DNA from: Halarcobacter sp.
GTDB taxonomy: Bacteria > Campylobacterota > Campylobacteria > Campylobacterales > Arcobacteraceae
Reading direction: 5' to 3'
Assembly: GCA_963676565.1 (NCBI GenBank)
Contig: OY781089.1
Span: 1,952,001-2,016,000, forward strand
Length of the DNA: 64,000 nt
A program made the position numbers and the translations under genes. Below the pieces are notes generated by a model that saw nothing but the letters and a program-made list of their open reading frames with translations, did not search any database and was not told the DNA's origin. This document shows positions 58,136 to 64,000 of the stretch, one piece after another. The first letter of the stretch is position 1. Each line of letters starts with the position of its first letter.

Positions 58136-61100
58136 TTATTTTGTAGAGACATCGAAGTTAAATACTGCCCATTTGTTTTTCTCATCTTCTTGTTTTGTAA
58201 TGTCATCTATAATAATAGATTCTTTTGGAACTTTTTTCATGTTAAATAAGTAATTTTTAATATTTTCTATTCTTTTTTTAGTAATTGAAATCAATTCTTT
58301 TTCTGAAACATTTTGTTTAGAAGCAAGGAAATCTCTTAAGTATTCTGTATACGCATCAATTTGAAAATACTCTTTTCCATTTTTATCTTTTTTATAATAT
58401 GTTTCTTTTATTTTATCTAAGTCTTTTACATCTTTTAACTCATTATAAAACTCTTCTAAAGCTTCTTTATAATCATCCCCTTCAGGTATCTTTTCCATTC
58501 TTTTTAATACAAATTGTTCAAATTTTATATCTTGAAGAGCTTTTTTATCTTTTTGAGGATTATAAATTGGTTTTATCTTTATTGCAAGTCTAGGTTTTTT
58601 TGATAAAAGTTTTGCAATACTATCTAAGGTCTCTTTTTCAGAAGGTACAATATCACTTTTACCAAACTCAAAATCCATACTTTTTATCTTATCTTCATCA
58701 ATTCCTAACATTGCCCCAAGTAAGGCAAATGGTGAAGTGATTGCTTTAACTATTAAGTTTGTGAATACTTTCCAAACAATAGGTGCAATTGAAAATTGAG
58801 GATCATCAACATTACCTGAAATAGGTAAATCAATATCTATAATTCCATCTGAATCTTCTAGTAATGCAATAGCTAGTTCTAATGGAAGATTAACTGCGTC
58901 TGGACTTTCTACTTTTTCACCCAATTTAATATCACTAATGATAACTGAGTTTTGGGCACTTAAATCAGATTTTTTGATATTATATTTTAAATCTAGATTT
59001 AATTTACCACTATCGATTTTTCTTCCTATAAATTTACCTGAATATGGTGTGAAATTTTTAATTGCTATATTTTTAAATAATAAATTTGTATCTGTTAATA
59101 ATTTAATATCATTAATATCTACAGTTCCAACAATTTTTGTATAACCATATTTATCAACTTTACCTTCCAATTGGAGTTTTGTTGGTTTTGAATTACTTGA
59201 GTTTAATCTTGAAAAACTACCTTGTAGTTCATTTATATTTGTTTTAAATGGTATTGGAAGATTTTTATCTTCAAAAGTCATCTTCATATTTTTTATTTTT
59301 ACTGGACCTACATCAAATTTAAAATCACTTTTTTCTTTTGAAGCTTTTTTAACTGTTTCTTCTTCAACTTTTTTGTCTTGTGATTTTTCTTTTTTCCCTA
59401 GTGTAATTGATACATAGGGTTTATTTATATCTGAAGATTGAACTTTTAAATTATTGTTAGCAAAAGAGATTTTATTTACATTTATGTTAATATTTTTTGC
59501 AAGAATATCAGTTTTTGCTTTTTTATCTTTTATATTTGTATTTGGATTATATAAATTTAAACTAGAAATTGAAATTGCACCTTTATTACTAATTAGATCA
59601 TTCAATTTCAAACTGATGTTTCTTGCAACAATATTTTGATCATTTTTATTATCAACAAAATAAATTGAAGGCTTAGCTAATCTAATTGTTTTAATATTTA
59701 GTTTTTCATCTTTTAGTGTTGTATTTAAAGCACTTAGATTTAAGCTTTTTGTTGTGATATTCATTTTACTTTTTTTATCATTGAATTTTATAGTTGGAAT
59801 ACTTAATTTTGTTTCATCAAGAGCTATATCATTTCCATTTAGGCTAAAGTTTTTAGCGGTGATAGTATTTGAGTTAGCTACAACATTCATAGAACTTTTC
59901 TTATCTAAAAAATAAATAGATGGGTTTGTTAGTTTTATATTTGAGATAGTTGTGCTTTCATTTTCTTTTTTGATATTAGCGATATTTAAATCAGTTTTTT
60001 TACTAAATATTGTGGTTTTATTTTTTAAGTCTTCAAAATCTAAAGAACTATTTTTTATATTTAATTCATCAAGTAAGATATTTGAATTTGAAAAAGAGAA
60101 ATTATTTGCATCTATTTCTAACTCTTTATTTAAAATTGATAAATTGTTGTTTTTATTGTCAATTGTAATATTAGGTTTTGACAAAAGTAAATTGGCTAGT
60201 GTAATATCACTACCATCAACTTTTAAATCTTTTAAAGTAATATTTAAATCATCTGTTTTTGTAAAAAGTTTGCTTGATAAATCATCAAATTTTATATTTG
60301 ATTCTTTTAAATCAAAGTTTTTTAAAGAGATAGTCCATTTGTTACTTTCTTCTTGTTTTTGTGAAGCATTTGTTTCAATTTCAGTATTTATAGGCTCTTC
60401 AACTTTTTCTTCATTATTTGCAATTAAATTTGCAAAATTAATTTCACCTTTTTCATCTACTATTGCATTAAGATTTAGTTGATTTAAAACTATCGCTTCT
60501 ATATCAATATTGTTTTTTGGATATTGAAGATTTATATTATCTATTGCAAAATTTTCTAAAGAAGTTAGTGTTTTTTCATCTTTTGATATATTAAGTTTAT
60601 TTAATGCTAAATAACCATCATTTAAAATGACACTCAACTTATTTTCTGTATCAACTTTATAACCAATTTTTAAATCAATAAAAGTCTCTTCACTTAAATC
60701 AAAGTTTACTAAATCTTTTTTGTAGTTTAAAAACTGTTTTGGTCTAATATTTTTTAGCTCTACATTTCCATACATTTTAAATGGAGCAAGTCTTAAACCT
60801 CCGTTTATTTCTAACTCACTATTTTGATTGATTAACATTCTTAATGAGTGTGAAGCTAAAATATTTCTAAATGTACCCATATCATAAAATGTATAATCAA
60901 ATTTACTAATATTTAATTTATATGGTTCATCATCTTTATTTAATTTTGTGAAGTTAATAGAAGCATTATCTAAAATAGTTCTATATATTTGGAATTTTAT
61001 ATCTGAACTAGTTGTTTTTGTTTCCTCTTTAGTTTTTTCCTCTTTCTTTTCTTTTAAAAGTTTTTGTAGGTTAAAGGTTCCATCTTCATATTCAATAATA

Positions 61101-61420
61101 TTTAGATAAGGGTTTACAAGTTTTAAATCTTTAAAAGCTATATGAAGTTCATCAATTGACCTTAAAACAGCAAAATCAATATAAATATTATCTATCTTTG
61201 CTGTTGTTTCTTTATCATTGTAAATCTCTAAGTTTTGTAAAGATAGTTTTAATAAAAAAGGATTGAATTCTATTTTCTCTAATCTAGCTTTTTGAGTAAT
61301 ATTCTCATTAATAATTTTTTCTATTTGTGGTTTAGCAATTTTGGGAATAGCTATGAAACCAATAATAGTATAAATTAAAAGAATCGACGATATTGTTATA
61401 AGTAGTTTACCATTTTTCAT
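58136..61420 (-). CDS. DUF748 (AsmA-like) domain protein with internal beta-repeats
   Basis: N-terminal TM, FNPF.L, G.VDKYG, FTPYSGKF, LPLELAIALLED and DLPISG.VDDPQFS motifs. Confidence 0.82.
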   Translation of the reverse strand: MKNGKLLITISSILLIYTIIGFIAIPKIAKPQIEKIINENITQKARLEKIEFNPFLLKLSLQNLEIYNDKETTAKIDNIYIDFAVLRSIDELHIAFKDLKLVNPYLNIIEYEDGTFNLQKLLKEKKEEKTKEETKTTSSDIKFQIYRTILDNASINFTKLNKDDEPYKLNISKFDYTFYDMGTFRNILASHSLRMLINQNSELEINGGLRLAPFKMYGNVELKNIRPKQFLNYKKDLVNFDLSEETFIDLKIGYKVDTENKLSVILNDGYLALNKLNISKDEKTLTSLENFAIDNINLQYPKNNIDIEAIVLNQLNLNAIVDEKGEINFANLIANNEEKVEEPINTEIETNASQKQEESNKWTISLKNFDLKESNIKFDDLSSKLFTKTDDLNITLKDLKVDGSDITLANLLLSKPNITIDNKNNNLSILNKELEIDANNFSFSNSNILLDELNIKNSSLDFEDLKNKTTIFSKKTDLNIANIKKENESTTISNIKLTNPSIYFLDKKSSMNVVANSNTITAKNFSLNGNDIALDETKLSIPTIKFNDKKSKMNITTKSLNLSALNTTLKDEKLNIKTIRLAKPSIYFVDNKNDQNIVARNISLKLNDLISNKGAISISSLNLYNPNTNIKDKKAKTDILAKNININVNKISFANNNLKVQSSDINKPYVSITLGKKEKSQDKKVEEETVKKASKEKSDFKFDVGPVKIKNMKMTFEDKNLPIPFKTNINELQGSFSRLNSSNSKPTKLQLEGKVDKYGYTKIVGTVDINDIKLLTDTNLLFKNIAIKNFTPYSGKFIGRKIDSGKLNLDLKYNIKKSDLSAQNSVIISDIKLGEKVESPDAVNLPLELAIALLEDSDGIIDIDLPISGNVDDPQFSIAPIVWKVFTNLIVKAITSPFALLGAMLGIDEDKIKSMDFEFGKSDIVPSEKETLDSIAKLLSKKPRLAIKIKPIYNPQKDKKALQDIKFEQFVLKRMEKIPEGDDYKEALEEFYNELKDVKDLDKIKETYYKKDKNGKEYFQIDAYTEYLRDFLASKQNVSEKELISITKKRIENIKNYLFNMKKVPKESIIIDDITKQEDEKNKWAVFNFDVSTK

Positions 61421-61489
61421 AAGTAATCCTTTTCATATATCTACGATTATAACACATCAAAGTTAATAAAAAATAATAATTCTTGTATA

Positions 61490-62368
61490 TTATATATTTT
61501 TAATAAGTTGCGATTCTATAAAATCTTTAAAGGTAAGAAATAGTTTATTTTTGTTTTTGCTTTTATTATAAATAAGATGAAATTCCCTTTTAAAATCTAT
61601 ATTTTTTAGTTTTATTTGAAAAAGTTGTTTAGTTTTTAGTTCCTCTTCCACCGCAACTTTTGATATAGCTGTTATCGTATCTTTATTTTTTATTAAAATC
61701 TTTTTTATCTCATCAAATTCATAAAGTTCCATAAATATATTTATATCTTTTGCTAAATCTCCTAATTTATTTATAAATATGTCTCTTGTACCTGAACCAC
61801 TCTCTCTTAAAATCCATTTTTTATCTATTGTATCTATAAAACACTCTTTGGGAGCATTTTTATCACTAGTTACAATAATAAGTTCATCATCTATAAGTTT
61901 CTCTTTTATAATATTTGTATTATCAAAAGAGGTTTCTATAAGACCTATATCTAGTTTACCATTTAGTATTTGCTCTACAATTATAGAAGAGTTAAGCGAG
62001 TTTATATCAAGTTTTACATCTTTGTATTTAGATAAAAAAGTGTAATAAATATTTGGCATCATATAGTTTGCAATAGTTTTACTTGCAGCTATATTTAGTT
62101 TACCAGCAAGTTTATTTTTTTTGAATATATTTTTTGAATCTGTAATTGCTATAAAATGTTCATAGGTAAGTTCTTTAAAGTATTTACCTCTTTCATTTAA
62201 AATAAGTTTTTTACCAACTCTATCAAATAAACTCTCACCTAATTTTCCTTCTAAAGATTTTATAGCTAGTGAAATTGCTGACTGACTTATATTTATCTCA
62301 TTTGCTATTTGACTTATATTTGGATTATCACATAGTTTATAAAAAAAGTTTAGTTCTTTGAGTGTCAT
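61490..62368 (-). CDS. LysR-family regulator (YeiE/CysL-like)
   Basis: N-terminal HTH (ISQSAIS..IK.LE..LG..LFDR), LRESGSGTR; divergent from a yeiH-like gene. Confidence 0.9.
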   Translation of the reverse strand: MTLKELNFFYKLCDNPNISQIANEINISQSAISLAIKSLEGKLGESLFDRVGKKLILNERGKYFKELTYEHFIAITDSKNIFKKNKLAGKLNIAASKTIANYMMPNIYYTFLSKYKDVKLDINSLNSSIIVEQILNGKLDIGLIETSFDNTNIIKEKLIDDELIIVTSDKNAPKECFIDTIDKKWILRESGSGTRDIFINKLGDLAKDINIFMELYEFDEIKKILIKNKDTITAISKVAVEEELKTKQLFQIKLKNIDFKREFHLIYNKSKNKNKLFLTFKDFIESQLIKNI

Positions 62369-62473
62369 AATTTATCCTTATTGAAAATATTTATTATTAT
62401 ATTAAAAATAATATATTTTACAAATAAAATCCTTAGTGATATACTTTGGTTTATAAAATTTAGAGGATTTATT

Positions 62474-63502
62474 ATGTTTAATAAAGAGAATAGAAAAGAT
62501 ACATTTAGCGGGATTTTATTTGTTGCACTTTTTGCTTGTGCAGCTACATTTTTATCAGAGTTTTATATTTTTAAATCTTTGGGTATTAGTCCACTTATTA
62601 TAGGTATAGTTCTTGGTATGATATATGCTAATACTTTAAGAAATAAACTTCCACAACAATGGCATGCAGGGATTGTTTTTTCTACAAAAACTATATTAAG
62701 AACAGGGATAGTTTTATATGGGTTTAGATTGACTTTTCAAAGTATAGAAGAGGTTGGTATAAATGGTATTATTATAAGTTTTTTAATAGTTTCACTAACC
62801 TTTATAATTGGCTACATTGTAGGAGTTAAATTTTTAAAACTAGATAAAGAAACAACAATCTTAACAAGTGCCGGAAGTTCTATATGTGGAGCGGCAGCTG
62901 TACTTGCAACTGAACCGGTGATAAATGCAAAACCATATAAAAGTGCAATTGCTGTGTCAACTGTTGTGTTATTTGGAACTATAGCTATGTTTTTATACCC
63001 TTTTTTATATAAAGCAGGATTAATACCTTTTGATGAATCTACAATGGGAGTTTATATAGGGGCAACTATACATGAAGTAGCACATGTGGTTGCCGCTGGA
63101 AATGCTATTGGAAGTGTTGCAAGTTCTGATGCTATAGTTGTTAAGATGATTAGAGTTATGATGATTGCTCCTTTTTTAATAGTATTATCTATTTGGTTGG
63201 CAAAAAGTGCAAAAAATACAACAAGTAAAACAAAAGCTAAGATAACTATTCCTTGGTTTGCTGTTTTATTTATAGTTGTAGTTGGTTTAAACTCATTAAA
63301 TCTTTTATCACTAACTACAATAAATACTATAAATGCAATAGATACTTTTGCTCTTACTATGGCTATGAGCGCATTAGGTATGGAAACAAGTATTGATAAG
63401 TTTAAAAATGTAGGAGCAAAACCTATATATTTAGCGTTTATTTTATTTTTATGGTTAATATTTGGAGGGTTTTATTTAGTAAAGTTTGCTATTACTTTAT
63501 AA
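62474..63502 (+). CDS. YeiH family (UPF0324) membrane protein, putative sulfur-oxyanion exporter
   Basis: LRTGIVLYG, GSSICGAAAV, GATIHEVAHV and VKMIRV motifs; start placed at ATG 62474 after the GAGGA RBS. Confidence 0.88.
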   Translation: MFNKENRKDTFSGILFVALFACAATFLSEFYIFKSLGISPLIIGIVLGMIYANTLRNKLPQQWHAGIVFSTKTILRTGIVLYGFRLTFQSIEEVGINGIIISFLIVSLTFIIGYIVGVKFLKLDKETTILTSAGSSICGAAAVLATEPVINAKPYKSAIAVSTVVLFGTIAMFLYPFLYKAGLIPFDESTMGVYIGATIHEVAHVVAAGNAIGSVASSDAIVVKMIRVMMIAPFLIVLSIWLAKSAKNTTSKTKAKITIPWFAVLFIVVVGLNSLNLLSLTTINTINAIDTFALTMAMSALGMETSIDKFKNVGAKPIYLAFILFLWLIFGGFYLVKFAITL

Positions 63503-63543
63503 GAAAAGAAGTGATACTATAATCCTTTTTATTAGGATTGTTT

Positions 63544-64000
63544 ATGTTAGGTTTTGAATCAATTTTACTTTATATTTTATTAGGTTGTTTTGTGGGCGTA
63601 GCAGCAGGTTTGCTTGGTGTTGGAGGTGGTGGAATTATAGTGCCATCTCTAACTGTAATATTTTTAATGCAAGGTATGTCAACAGATGAGCTTATGCATA
63701 TGGCATTAGGAACTTCCATGGCAACTATAGTTATAACTTCAATCTCAAGCTTTAGAGCCCACAATAAAAAAGGTGGTGTTCTTTGGGATGTGTTTAAGAT
63801 GATGGCTCCTGGGATTATAATAGTAACATTTTTAGCTACCTTTTTAGCCTCAATTTTAAGCTCTTTTTATCTAGCTATATTTTTCTCAGTATTTATGGCT
63901 TATGTTTCATTGCAGATGTTTTTAAATAAAAAACCAAAACCAAGTAGAAAATTAGCTAATTCAAAAATACAGTTTGGTGCAGGAACTATTATAGGTGCAA
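63544..64000 (+). CDS. TauE/SafE-family sulfite exporter, runs off the window
   Basis: Not in the ORF track. MLGFESILLYILLGCFVGVAAGLLGVGGGGIIVP...HMALGTSMA. Confidence 0.85.
   Translation, partial: MLGFESILLYILLGCFVGVAAGLLGVGGGGIIVPSLTVIFLMQGMSTDELMHMALGTSMATIVITSISSFRAHNKKGGVLWDVFKMMAPGIIIVTFLATFLASILSSFYLAIFFSVFMAYVSLQMFLNKKPKPSRKLANSKIQFGAGTIIGA

Overview
Very AT-rich bacterial chromosomal window. Gene content and protein style point to Campylobacterota, most likely Arcobacteraceae (inference). The left ~41 kb is a selenium/formate/tungsten cluster: partial selA, tRNA-Sec (selC), two selD paralogs and two tandem formate dehydrogenase operons. All four selD/fdhA genes are selenoproteins that the ORF track splits at an in-frame UGA followed by a SECIS hairpin. 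The cluster also holds fdhD, a modE-like regulator, moeA, tupABC, yedF, a double-cubane-type reductase with its ATP-dependent activator, and a Tat-transglutaminase/MerT-like/MerP-like operon. Three different repeated intergenic motifs structure it. The most striking is a covarying hairpin (core CTAAGGTTTAG) present four times, always in sense orientation, in the leaders of the reductase operon (two copies), the transglutaminase-merT-merP operon and yedF-selD2. It is a candidate undescribed selenium-linked cis-regulatory RNA or regulon. The right part has chemotaxis/PAS genes, mutS2 and a ~9.5 kb two-colour light-sensing c-di-GMP block: LOV-PAS-PAS-(GGDEF)-EAL, heme oxygenase, an output-less bacteriophytochrome, a CheB-CheR fusion and PAS-GGDEF-EAL. 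It ends with DUF748, LysR/YeiH and a partial TauE/SafE exporter. No mobile element, rRNA or CRISPR array is seen.
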